A stretch of 63,311 nt of DNA, filler included, from Reticulomyxa filosa (lineage: Eukaryota; Protista; Foraminifera): NCBI GenBank assembly GCA_000512085.1. It is 21 parts of 21 records of this genome, joined end to end, with 100 filler letters (N's around TTAATTAATTAA, not from the genome) between each part and the next. Parts side by side here need not be neighbours in the genome. Positions count along the whole stretch, not along the records: positions 18,095 to 29,940 come from ASPP01006819.1; positions 30,041 to 31,686 come from ASPP01024815.1; positions 31,787 to 35,604 come from ASPP01029382.1; positions 35,705 to 36,736 come from ASPP01022802.1; positions 36,837 to 41,300 come from ASPP01007003.1; 16 more parts are not named here. One strand, 5' to 3'. Positions 25,354 through 37,643 of this stretch are shown in pieces. Below the pieces are notes generated by a model that was not told the origin of the DNA, ran no database searches, and saw only the letters and a program-made list of their open reading frames with translations. Made by a program: the position numbers and the translations under genes. The first letter of the stretch is position 1, and every line of letters begins with the position of its first letter.

Positions 25354-25590
25354 AAGAGATTTTACTCTGCTTTTTTTTTGTTTTGGCTTTGTTTGGTCCA
25401 CTTCACAATATTGTGGATAAGTAAGTTTTTGCTATTTCTTCGTAGCCTTACTATGCACGAAAGTTTTTTTGTTTTACAACAAAATTATTTTTTAATTAAA
25501 TGAGAATGAAAAAAACAATACTTTTGACGAATTACAATAGCTTACAGGCAAAATTGTTTTCAAATGGCTATTTTTTGAAAGAGAGAAGAG

Positions 25591-28052
25591 TCAGCGACGG
25601 GCAGAAAGAATTCTCCTTAGAAAGATTTTTGCAACGAAAGTTAGTCGCGTACGATTGTAAGCATCTCCTGCAGCTTTAATGCCTTCAGCAACTGTAGGAT
25701 AAGGATGAACAACACCCGCGAAATAACCCAAACCAGTGTTGGTTTGGATGGCCAGAGTAATTTCATTGATGATATCACCAGCATTTTCAGCAACAATCGT
25801 ACATCCAAAAATTTGGTCTGCGCCTTTCTTGATCAGCACTTTGACAAATCCTTGTGTTTCATTTTGACAAATGGATCTGTCATTTTCAGAAAGATTAACT
25901 TTGATAATATCGTATTCAACACCTCGTGAGATCAAATTGCTTTCATGTAATCCGACATGTGCGATTTCGGGAAATGTGTCTATTCTCCTCACACAAACAC
26001 ACAACGCAATTAACCAAAAAAAAAAAAAGGTCAAAAGTTACCAAAATGCTACAATATTAGCACCAAGATGTATATCCCATAAGGGCAAATCCAAATAAAA
26101 CATATAACTGAACAAGTGCACCATGGAATAAGTAAATCGCTGCATTTTGCGTGTTCAAAAAGTAAGGCATTTCGAATCGCTATTTTCGCCATGGCACCTG
26201 CCATGTGTGTATATTGAAAGCGAGTGCAGCAATCACCAATTGCGTAAATGTTGCTGTTCGAAGTTTGCAAATAATCATTGACAGCAATACCTCGGTGCAC
26301 GTCATATCGAACCATTGCTTTTTCCAATCCCAAGTTTTCGATATTGGGTTTACGACCAGTCGCAATCAACAATTCACTCACAACAATTTCTTGGTACGCT
26401 TTCCCTGCGGCCATTTGCACAACAATTTTAATTCCACTTGATTTTCCTTGCTTTGGATCTACATAATCAATTGATTTGTATTTCACGCCGAGTTCAAAGT
26501 GGACCCCACAAGATTGAAGTGAGGTGTTTGCAACTTTCGATGCTTCTTTGTCTTCTCTGCTCAATATTCGATTTCTCCGACTTAATACAATTACCTTTAA
26601 TTTTCGACAATATTTTTTAAAAAAAATATAAGAGGAGGTGGAAGGGGCTGGAAAAAACAAAAAATATTCAATCTTTTTGTTTGCTTGTTTTTTCGTGTTT
26701 TTCTTGCCTCTGAGCCGAACAAAGCAAATGCTTGCGCCATTTCACAACCAAACGGTCCTGATCCAATAATTGCCAATTTCTTTGGCAATTCAGTCAAATT
26801 CCACAAGGTGTGACTGGTCAAATACTCAACATTATCAATACCAGGAATAAGTGGAATGAAAGGCTTTGCTCCTGTTGCTATTACTGCTCTTGCAAAGTTC
26901 AACACTTTCTCTCCTACTTTGATTTTAGTTCCACTTAGAAATTCTGCACATTCCAAATACAAATCTAGTCCATTGATTTTAGCTAGATGTTCACAAGCAT
27001 CATGATGAGCAAGCTTTGCCCTTTTTTTTTTAAAATAGCCCCCCGTTAAAAAAAAAAAACCCCCATATATTCAACTTTCGTTGAACAACAAAAAGTGCTA
27101 TTTTAGGTATGTCAATGAAAATTGAACCGTATGCTTCGCATTCTTGCCATCACTTTGGCAAAATCAACAGTAATTTTGCCTTCCACTGCCAGTCCAAATT
27201 CTTGAGCACGGTGCACAGCATACCAGGCAACTTTGGCAGCTTTCAATAAAGCTTTGCTAGGTACACAGCCATTGTTAAGATGAGTTCCACCAAGCAAATG
27301 TCTTTCAATGACAGCAACGTCTCCGCCAATTGCTGCTGCATCACTCGCACATGCCAAACCACCAACACCGCCTCCTTTTTTTTATAAAAAAAATAAAAAC
27401 GTTTGTTTAAAAAAAGGAAATCAGAAAAAAAGAAAATTGTTGAGAAATCTTGATTTGTACCAATGACAATAAGGGTATATTTAGACTTTGGTTTTGGTGA
27501 TATCCATTTGTTTGGATGGACATAATTTAATAGCTGTTGATTGTATGCGTCCATTGGCCAAATACCAAATGTTTCATTTTGCGTTATTTTTGTGGGATTT
27601 ATTTCGGTAGATAAATCTCCTAATTTGGTTTGCAAATTATCCTTTTTCTCATTATCAATAGACTCAATAGTCTCTTTGTCACTCCACTTCCAATTTTGGG
27701 AAGTGTCTTCTTTTTTTTCATTTTCCTCAAAAGCCTCTTTATCACATAAAAATTGATAGTACAAGTCTTCATCTTTGAAATTGTGCTCTTTTGTTACATG
27801 ATGAAATATATCTACAGCAAGCATCAAATTTCCCAAATACACTGCTTCTTCACGTGTTTTTACTGATCCTGACTTCACCAAGACTGATACCGCCTCGCTT
27901 CCAATGAAACATGATTTGTAGATAGTTTGAAGCTGTTTTCGGTCTTTGACCTCTAATTGCCCTCGTAAGAGTTTTGCTAATTGCTTTAATTGGTGGCTAG
28001 CATCAGCTAAACCATCTCCTGTTTTCAAGTTTTCTTTTTTTTCTTCTTGCAT
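25591..28052 (-). CDS. DEP domain fused to a class-I pyridine nucleotide-disulfide oxidoreductase (MerA/LpdA-like), first redox Cys replaced by His
   Basis: DEP: LEVKDRK...YKSCFIGSEAVSVL...TREEAVYLGNLML...FHHVTKEHNFKDEDLYYQF. FAD motif LIVIG|GGVGG across intron 27460-27375, GGTHLNNGCVPSK, IATGA, IIGSGPFGCEMAQ, ATGRKPN, IYAIGD and HPYPTVAE. No C-terminal Cys-Cys pair. Confidence 0.88.
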
Positions 28053-30040
28053 GGACTCTTCCACTTGAAGGGAGACACTATGTATTTCGGAAGAAAAAAG
28101 CTTTCAGAGAGTTTTCTATTACACAACTTTCTAAAAAAAAATAAAATCTAGTTTCCTTAAATTTTGATTATTTTGTGTGTATGTTTAAAATTATCAAAGT
28201 TCTTTCTTATCAAATCATGAAAATTATTATCTCAAGGCATTAAGCTTCTAGTCTTTGCCAGCAAAAGACCAACAAAGCTTTTGATGTTTTTTCCTTTGAG
28301 TTAAAACTCACTGCACAAATTTCAAGTTGTGAACACTGTTCATATCTTTATAATAGATTAGATGTAATTTTATCTCTGTCTAAAAAGAGTTTAAAAAAGA
28401 AAAAAGACTCAAGTTGCAAACTTAAATTCTGTGAAGCATTCTTATGACATCCAATGTGACAATATCGAACTATTGTCAGCAAATATTTTCTCAAAAATTT
28501 ACAACTAAAAAATTGACCATAATGAAAACAAAAATGTTCACAAAACTATAAAGGAGAAACTAAATTTTATAGTGGAAAAAACTCCAACAATTATTAAATA
28601 AAATTTCCATCAAATTATATATATCTGAAGCAAAAAGAGAGTAAGAGGATTACCTATGGTCATAGGTAAACACAAAGGAAGACGAAAAGTATAAAAGTAA
28701 GAGACTGGTTTTTTATTGCATGATAAGAAAAAAAGCAAAAATCGAAGCATTGAACGAATATCAAAAGAAATATACTGACCTAGTTCCACACTTGATAGCA
28801 AGACCAGTGTGGAAAATAAGTGACTTTGATGGACAGTTATATTTAGCAGATAGACTAAAAACGTTTTTAACAGAAGATAATGAGTTGTCGATTCAAAAGG
28901 AGTTGTTGTATATTATTAACAACGCAACAGTATTGTAAGTGTTTACAAAGATGAAATGCATCAACATTTTTCATCAATATAATTATATGATTCAAATAAA
29001 ATACTATAAAAAGAATTTTTTTAAAGTTAATAAAAAGATTATGTAAATTTTTAAAATTCCAAAAATGCATCAGGGTTGAAAAACATGAGTTTCATTTACC
29101 TAGAGTTCAACGCCCTTACTGATGGAAGTCCATAATCATTGGCAATGTTTTCAAATAAATAACATCGGATTGTTCTAAGTTGACGTTTCATTAATTATAT
29201 ATTAACGTCATTACAATATAACACTTTCTTCATTGTCAAAGAAAATGTGAATAAAGATAAATGATAAATATATAATAAAAATCAAAAAGTTGATGTTTGT
29301 ATAAATAATTTAATTTTATTGCATTAGAATTTTATGAACTTATTCAACACATTTCATTAAGTTTACAGAATTTTGCATAAATACTTTTCGTTTTGGAGAA
29401 GCTTTTCATTTGTTCTCCAGTGAAACTATCAAAAAATTTTTAATTTTAGTTTGAATTAACACTGAAAACATTGTAGTATTTATGATATCGTAATAAGAAA
29501 TTCGCTCACTACAAATGAACTTTGGAACCATTTATTATAAAAACACATTACTCACTTTCACGACTTGTCTTTTCTTTTTCACTTGTTGACTCTTGCTATT
29601 TATTGTCTTTTTATTTAAATTATTAATCTTTTGTTTTAAATTGCTCAAAATAGCGAAAATCTTTCGTATTACAGTTTGTAAACATCTTTCAGCAGCAAGA
29701 AAACCAACAACAGCTTTCTTATTTATATTTTTTGCTCCAATGTATTCGTTGATATCTTTCAACATAGGTGAATTTGAAAGAAAGTGGATTGTTATTAGAT
29801 TTTCTGAGTTGACAATATTCTTGTGGGGAGTCAGCTACGGAAAACTGTACTAAATGTAATACGAAAAGGTTCTCAATCGTAACGAGTGGTTTTCAATAAA
29901 ATAAAGTAAATTGAAAAGAATATAAAGAATAGCAAAAGGANNNNNNNNNNNNNNNNNNNNNNNNNNNNNNNNNNNNNNNNNNNNTTAATTAATTAANNNN
30001 NNNNNNNNNNNNNNNNNNNNNNNNNNNNNNNNNNNNNNNN

Positions 30041-30200
30041 CAATCAAAGAAACAGACTGAATGGGTTGATGCAACTCCAAATGCCGAATTAGAAGAATTT
30101 GAGAATTGAAGGAGCTAGTGGCATGCCAGGAGGAATGCCCAATATGGGTAATTTGATGGTTCTGGCGGAAATATCAGCGGGCCAAGTGGTGGTTGTGTGG
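30041..30200 (+). pseudogene. HSP70 C-terminal remnant
   Basis: Reads IKET..EWVDATPNAELEEFEN then GASGMPGGMPNMG, with frameshifts, a stop, and no EEVD. Confidence 0.55.
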
Positions 30201-30829
30201 TCCTCACGGAAATTTTTGTATCCGTGTTTTGAAAATTCACAAAACAAAGCATTTCGAAATTTTTTCTTTTGCAGCACGAAACTCGTATGAATGATGATTC
30301 ACAAAACCCAGTTTGATATATGATTTTTATCAAACGTTTTGTTGTGTTTCTATATCTGTGACAAGAAAGTGAAGAATTTTCACTTTACATAAATTTTCAT
30401 GCACACTTTTTTTTTTAATGTAAGGGAAGTGAATAATAGTATTTTATACTATCTCACTAGTAAAAAAAAAGAACATTTGATATGTTATTTTAATCTGATG
30501 GCTTCGATCTAAAACGGGGGTTAGAGGGGCATAATTTGGCTTGTAAATGACTTATGCAATTGCTCTTTTTTTGCTTCCAAAATCATTTTTAAAGAAAATT
30601 TCATTATTTTTTTATTGATAAAAGAAAGTAATTTTCTAGACATTTTGCCAATATCAAGATGAAGAGTGAAAAAAAAGTCTTTTGAATAACAGTCAAATAT
30701 TTGACAAATTTCAATAATAACTGTTACAAAGCATCCACAAAAAAATCAAGAGAAAAAATCTCACAAAAACAAACTTTATATCATTGTCGGTCGAGTTTTT
30801 CTTGTTTATGTTTGAACAAAGTCAACCAT

Positions 30830-31640
30830 TTTTAACATAGTTTGGTTGTCTTTCCTTTCTTTTTTTCTTCAAACATCATGAGCCACACAAATTGCAATAG
30901 CAAAACCGATCAACATTCCAAATTAAAATGTCAACTGGTCACACTTATTTGTCTGATGCGCTGCTGCTATTACTCGAACTGTTAGAGTCGGACGTGTAAG
31001 TTTGTCCACTGTTAATAGCGGTACTGATCGGTTGAATGGTAACAGGCAAGCAAGTGGTGTAATACGCCGTGGAAGAAGTCAGTGTGTAACTAACTCGCCA
31101 TTGATCGGTGCAAGTGGAGCAACTACTTGAGGACTGGGTTATGATTGTCCCGAATTTCATCGTTGTAGTGACACTTGACTTGGTTACAGGAGAGCTTGCT
31201 GTACTTGAGGACGAGGACGACCCAGTCTGGAGTTGCTAATGTCAAATATAGTATACCATTCTCGCATGAAAGCATCACCCAATATCCACATGTAGCCTTT
31301 TTTATAGTGATATTTTTGTTGCAATCACGCATTTATGGTCAATTGGTTGTTGTATAAATCCTGTATCTATCTCTTATGTGCAAAGATAAAAAGATGTAGA
31401 AACAAAAAAAAAGTTTTTATCAAACCTGCCTCCAAGGGGGGGAGGAGGGGGAAGCCATATTGAAACCATCCTCCCTGATTAAGTCTCCAGTTTGCGCCCA
31501 TCACCCAAAGTGATCCTCTCGAATCGATCCATCTTCCAACATTGGCAATCGTAACCGATGCCATGTATCGGTATTTTATTGCGCTTCGCTCACTTGCTTT
31601 ACTTTGCAATGGCCTTCGCCCCAACAAAATTCAATATTCA
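30830..31640 (-). pseudogene. Pepsin-family aspartic protease C-terminus with S/T-rich stalk and putative TM anchor, disrupted
   Basis: In a frame not shown in the ORF track, ~31300-31222 reads GYMWILGDAFMREWYTIFDISNSRLG (typical A1 protease end), bounded by stops. It is followed by the S/T-rich ORF 30945..31160 and a hydrophobic LIGFAIAICVA. Confidence 0.62.
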
Positions 31641-31786
31641 TTGCAAACGCACGTGCACATATACATTTATGTTTCGATTGAGATCANNNNNNNNNNNNNN
31701 NNNNNNNNNNNNNNNNNNNNNNNNNNNNNNTTAATTAATTAANNNNNNNNNNNNNNNNNNNNNNNNNNNNNNNNNNNNNNNNNNNN

Positions 31787-32110
31787 GGGAAATTATACGT
31801 TTCTGAGTTGCATTTGTTGAGAATTGCATTGACAACAAATTTGGAGTCAAAAGTATTACAACTCTAGTGTCAGTGTCTTTGTATTTTTGTATGGTGTACT
31901 CCAATCATTGACGAACTGCTTCAATTTCGCTTCCAATTGCTGTTGTAATGCCATTAATTGGAAATGCTAACTCCAGCCAGTTTGTGAGTGAATTGTCTTG
32001 AATTACTAAACCAGTACTTCCAATCCCAGGCTCTGGTTTGGTACTTCCATCTGCAAAGATTACTACTGTGTTTGCATCAAATGACTCCAAAATTTTTCTG
32101 TAGTTGGCTC
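31787..32110 (-). mobile_element. Degraded RNase H (RNase HI-type) domain, probable retrotransposon remnant
   Basis: VIFADGSTKPEPGIGSTGLVI...TTAIGSEIEAVRQ*LEY shows the DGS and E..A catalytic pattern, with an in-frame stop and a downstream frameshift. Confidence 0.7.
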
Positions 32111-32639
32111 AATCTATTTTTCAAAAGGAGAATTTCTGGGATGTGGAATTTTCTCAATACACATTGGTGGTTTATTCCAAAATGGGAATTTATCTTTCTC
32201 CACTTTTGGGACTCCAAAATATTAAATTAGCTTAGTGTCCATGCCAATTGCGATAACTGTGACTGCATTTATCTCATTTTCTAGAACACTCTTTTTTTTA
32301 GCATTTTTCTCTTCAATACCATAATATCATTGTATATCTCAAAAATAATGCAATAGAAATGTATTCTGAAAAAATAAGCTAAAGAATTGCTTGTCCTACA
32401 TAATTTTTTTCTCGCGACTAACACATTAACTTGTTGATTAACCATTTCACCAAATCTCTGGCCTATCACTCTTACCTTGTAGGGAGTGATGTAGCTACTT
32501 TATACCAGGCAAATGTAAGACGAAAGGAGACAGCTCTTTTCAGCTAGTTTTAAAATAAAATAAAAGTTAAATTAAGAAGAAAACAAAGCAAGAAACAAAA
32601 ACAAGAAAACGAGTGAATTAGGGTGTCGATTTTGTAAAA

Positions 32640-32708
32640 GAGTTTAGCCTACTGGGGGTTCCACAGTTCTGTTAGAACTTCGCTTAACACTGCAGGCCTC
32701 ATCCTATA
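32640..32708 (-). repeat. Dispersed structured repeat, copy A
   Basis: Aligns with 60469-60538 on a different contig (shared + strand GAGTTTA..CT.CTGGGG..TC-N13-GA..T...TGCAG...CCTA.A). Both copies have an A-rich flank on the left. Confidence 0.7.
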
Positions 32709-32718
32709 ACCTTATAAT

Positions 32719-33496
32719 ATGTTAAACATTTTGTTGGCATCCAACATTGCGTGCGACGACGCTGATGCATCAACCGCATGTTGGTTTTTTGGATTCATCG
32801 GTGTAGCTGCTGCCATTGTGTTTGCAAGTTAATTTTTTGATTTTCACCAAAAAAGAAAACTTGCATTAAAAAGAAGTTTCCTTCGTTCGAAAAAAAGTGA
32901 AATCAAAAAATGAAATCAGACTTGGGATCCGCTTACGGCACAGCGAAATCAGGGGTTGGTATTTCCGCAATGGGTGTAATAAACCCTGACCCAGTGATGA
33001 AAAATATGATTCCAGTGGTCATGGCAGGAATCTTGGGAATCTACGGATTGATCATTTCGGTCATCTTGGTCGGCAACAGTTACATAAAATTGTTTTGACA
33101 AAAGGGGATAACAAGGTGGCCAGTTTTCCAAAAAAATTTTCTCCTAAATTTTCCTAGATTTTTGCAATATAGTCAGACAAAATCCTTACAACTTTTTTGC
33201 CCCTTTTTTTATTTGTACGTATACAAATGCAAAAGAAACTGTTTGTTTTTTTTTATTCAGTAAAATCGTCAGGTTATACTCACTATAAAGGCTATGCCCA
33301 TTTGGCTAGTGGTTTGAGTGTGGGATTATCAGCATTAGGTGCTGGTATGGCAATTGGCATTGTCGGAGATGCTGGTGTGCGAGCAAACGGACAACAACCT
33401 GCATTGTTCGTCGGAATGATTTTGATCTTGATCTTTGCTGAGGCCTTGGGTCTGTACGGTTTGATCGTTGCGATCGTTTTGTCACAAGCTAAATAG
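32719..33496 (+). CDS. ATP6V0C: V-type H+-ATPase proteolipid subunit c (16 kDa), 3 exons
   Basis: [14 protein letters not shown]|[66 protein letters not shown]. Introns at ~32828-32919 and ~33079-33260. Confidence 0.96.
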
Positions 33497-34420
33497 GAAA
33501 AAATCAAACCAATCAAAAACAAAATAAAACAACAAACACATTCGTTCCTTTTTCAGTGTCTTATTTTTTGTTTTTGAATGAAACCATTTTTGTGTTTCTT
33601 CATCAACATGAAGAAGGAAATGTCAATTAAACTTGTTTTTTCCTGGAGAAGCCCAAAGCTTGTGCTGGTCTTGCGGGTTTGTGTTTATGATTTTGAGGTG
33701 TTGTTTGTGTTGACGGTTGCTGACAATTTTTGAATCGCAGTTTATGCATCTCCTTAACTTTCAATTTTCTTGCTTCGGCTTTCAAAAGAAACCAACAATT
33801 TATTCAAATACTCATCAACAACTTTTTAGGAATTCCTTAAATCAGTCAAAAATCCTTACTTTCAGACGGACAAGAAAAAGATTAGTTGAGTTATGGCGTT
33901 TTATGTGGAATTGGGATTGTAAGGACCTCTTATTTGGAAATGTTTTCGCATTATCTCAATAAAAAATTTGGATAAAAATTTCTTTGCTATTTTAGTTTCG
34001 CGTTGGAAAAACATTTGAACTACTTTTAAATAACTTGCGAAAAGTTTAAAAATTTTGTTAGGCAACACATTCCCAAGAAAGCCGCAAGTTTTGCAATTAA
34101 TTTTTCCAAAGAAACGGAACCCGCAATGACAGGGAAACAGTATACAAGGCAAAGCCAACAGAAATTAAAGCAAACAGAAAAAACAAAAAATAAAGTAAAG
34201 CAAAAAAATAAAGCAACGCAACACACTTTAGATTTTTGGTTTGCGTTTTTATTTTTTTGAACATATTATTTTCCATTGTCATGTCTGTTTTTTTTGTACA
34301 CAAGAATGAAAAAACAACATTCTTGTTTTTTTTTCTAACAAAAAAAACAAAACAAAAAAAAAAAATTAAAAATAACCACACTCACTCAATATCCATCATG
34401 TCGTTGTCGCCTTCCCTTTG

Positions 34421-35527
34421 TTGTGAATCTTGATTCACAAAAGGCAATGATTGTCTGCGACGATGCCCTTTCTTTTATCCATTGTTTGTGAATTAATTTT
34501 ATTATGATACAGATAGCACATACACAGATTGACATAAAGCAAGTTATACAAAACTTTTTGTTCCAAGGTGTTAACATAAGGCAAAGATATCCCCGAAACA
34601 GGTTTTCCTTCCGCTTCCGCAAATGGAGAAGACTTGCCAGATTGATTGCTTTGTGGTGATGATACATTAGAATCAGAATTTTCATCTGCATTAAAGTATT
34701 GACTGGACATCTGTCGTTGTTGTTTTTTTTTTTTTAAATGATTGCGTTTGTTTTTTTTTTTTCTCCTTTTGTTGCTGTTTTTCAAACAATAACAGCAACA
34801 AAATAGTAGCTAGTGATAAAAAGAGTATGCAAAACTTGATCGAGCAAAGTATTGACTTTCTTTTGAATCAAATCGGCTTGAGTTTGGACCTTTTCATTGA
34901 CCAGTTCGCCGGATATAGTACTAAGCAAATCGGCCATATCTTTTAAGACTTGAATATGCAGAGGAACAGGAGCATCCACAACTTGAACAGACTCTCTCCT
35001 TTTCCTGGAATTGCCATTGACATCATTTAGTTTAATGCAATCATTACCATTTGTGGCATAAGAAAGGTCATTGTCACTTTGAGCATCTTTAGTTTCTTTG
35101 TCCTCGCGTGTCGTGTCTGAATTTTTAGTATCATTATTATTATTGTGATTACCGTTACCATTACCGTCAATATTTTTTTTGGGACTGACAGCTGCCGATG
35201 ATTGCAAATCATTTTTGCCTTTGTTCTTGGCAGCTTCGCCTTTGGGGGTTGTGTTCGGAGTGCCATTGGGTATGTTAGTATTTGCGTCGGAAACCTCTGG
35301 AAAAGTCTGCTTCGCAAAGTTGCGAAGAATGTCTAAGATCTTCTCACGGTGCGAAGGTTTGATTCCAATGATGGCAAGATCGTCGCCGTCCAGCTCAAGC
35401 AGCATCATGCCGTCGATGCCATGAGCTTCAAGTTTCGAAGCATATTGATCCAAAGGAGGTTGCGTTTGTGTCCACTTTGTAACACTTGCACTGTTCCAAT
35501 TTAATACGTCTGTATCCGTCACTCCCT
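34421..35527 (-). CDS. SAM-domain protein, probably 5'-partial
   Basis: VLNWNSASVTKW...LDQYASKLEAHGIDGMMLLELDGDDLAIIGIKPSHREKILDIL is a canonical SAM domain. Further short exons at ~34710-34546 and ~34480-34421. Confidence 0.82.
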
Positions 35528-35569
35528 ATATTATTTATATACACATATACATACCATTTATTTGTTATC

Positions 35570-35600
<31 letters not shown>

Positions 35601-37643
35601 TTTTNNNNNNNNNNNNNNNNNNNNNNNNNNNNNNNNNNNNNNNNNNNNTTAATTAATTAANNNNNNNNNNNNNNNNNNNNNNNNNNNNNNNNNNNNNNNN
35701 NNNNTTTCAGAAAAGTTGGGATGGTCTGAAAGATGGTCGCAAAAGCTGGAATAACTTGAAGAGTTAGAAGTCTTGAAGAATTGGCATTCTGATTTTCAGG
35801 ACCAAAATGGTCCTTCCTAAAAAAAAAAAAACAATAAAATATTTAAATGAAAAAAAAAAAAAAAATTAACTTGTAGTGGAGTGACTAACACAATGAAACC
35901 AAAAAAAATGGATAACATCGTAATACAAATAATCGCAATTGGATCTTTACTAAAATTAGCGACATACAACAGTGCAACAACACTTATATTTGAACAAGTA
36001 TAATTCCACCATAATAACAGAAATTTGAATGCTGGCATTTAGAGATCAATTCATGTAAATATGTCTTGTCTTGCATATTAACCAGATACAAAAATTATTG
36101 AAAATCTATCCCAAAATTCATTTTTTTTAACTTCAAAAAAATTTATCTCATTGTAAAAAAATTTTCATTATTTAAATTCTTTCTTTTTTTTTACACATGT
36201 ATGACAAAAGTATTTCGTAACAAAATGTAGAAAAATCATCATGTCTTTCACAATCTTTTGAACATGTGTACAATTTTTTTGTTAGTTACACAATTCTTTC
36301 AAATAGAAATTTGATCATTTTAATATGTTAGTAATTTTGTCACCACATGCATGAAGTCTAATTTATTGTTATTTTATTTTTTCAAATATTACTTGTGAAA
36401 ATGTATTTTTTGTCAATTTTTCTCAAAAAATTAATTTATCAAAGTATCTTGCAAGCGACCCAAATTTTATTTTGATTTTTCTACGAAGATGTGTTTGAAG
36501 ACAGTTCGAAACGTAAAATTTAAAAAATATATGTTTTCTTAGCAATAAGGAACAAGAAGCAAGTGCTGACACAACAAAAAATGAAAAATCTCAACCTTAA
36601 CAAATCAGTGAAAGAAAAATAAGAGCGCTTTATCAAATAAAATTTTTTTTTGTTTCTTTTATTTGGTTCATCTTCAAATCCAGACAGACATGCGTTTGTC
36701 GATGATAAGTATCTCATTCAAAAAAAAAAAAAAATTNNNNNNNNNNNNNNNNNNNNNNNNNNNNNNNNNNNNNNNNNNNNTTAATTAATTAANNNNNNNN
36801 NNNNNNNNNNNNNNNNNNNNNNNNNNNNNNNNNNNNCTTTGTTTGACGTCTTTATCTGAATCAGGCGCTTTACTTTCGCTTTCTTTGGCCTGGTTTTGAG
36901 GTGGAAGGTCGTTGAATATTTGCATTAGTTGCTGGGTGTCTCTTTTATTTTTATTTTTTTTAAAAAAAGAGAAATTAAGTGACAAAAGAAATCAATCAAA
37001 CTTGGCATATTTATTCTGTCTCTTCAATACTGCAAATGATTGCAGTAAATTGGAAGGCAAAGAAAATTGCATCTTTCACTTTGATGATACAATTCAAAAG
37101 TAACAAATTGAATGATTTCCCTTTTTTCAAAAATTTTTGAACTTGGCAAAGTTTTTGTTTCTTCGCCTTTGCTTATTGCTTCTTTCTGTATAATTTTTAG
37201 TGGTAGTAAAAATACACACTTTGCACTAAATTTTGTGATATATTCCTACAACACATTTGTACAAACATTTACAGTTTTTTGTCAAAGTGAAAAATTAAAG
37301 TGTCGAATATTTTTGACAATCTGACGCAGAGAGATTGCACTTTTGAAAGCGAATTCTTCAAATATCAATTCAAAACACAAACAAAAGAGATGTCTGATCA
37401 CTGTTAGAAAACTTCTTTTGCCGGTAATACTTGCGCTTATAATCTTTTTATAAACTTGGGAAGTTACATAACATGTTTCTCTTTTGAGAAGTTTGAAATA
37501 TAAGATTACCAATATCTCGAATTTGGAATATATGTTTTGGAGTCCCCAGCTGGCAGCTTCTTTTTTTAGAAGCGACTCCCTTGGACGAGTTTTTCTGGCT
37601 GTCAACAGTTTTTGCAACATTTATTTGCATGAATATTAACAAC

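Noticed and set aside
25591-28052. Mercuric reductase merA / mercury-resistance locus
   Set aside because: Lacks the first active-site Cys and the C-terminal Cys-Cys pair, has introns, and has no mer genes nearby.
32683-32697. Twister ribozyme (TAACACTGC matches the Oryza twister 5' segment)
   Set aside because: No complementary P2 strand or T1 pseudoknot, and the segment is absent from copy B.
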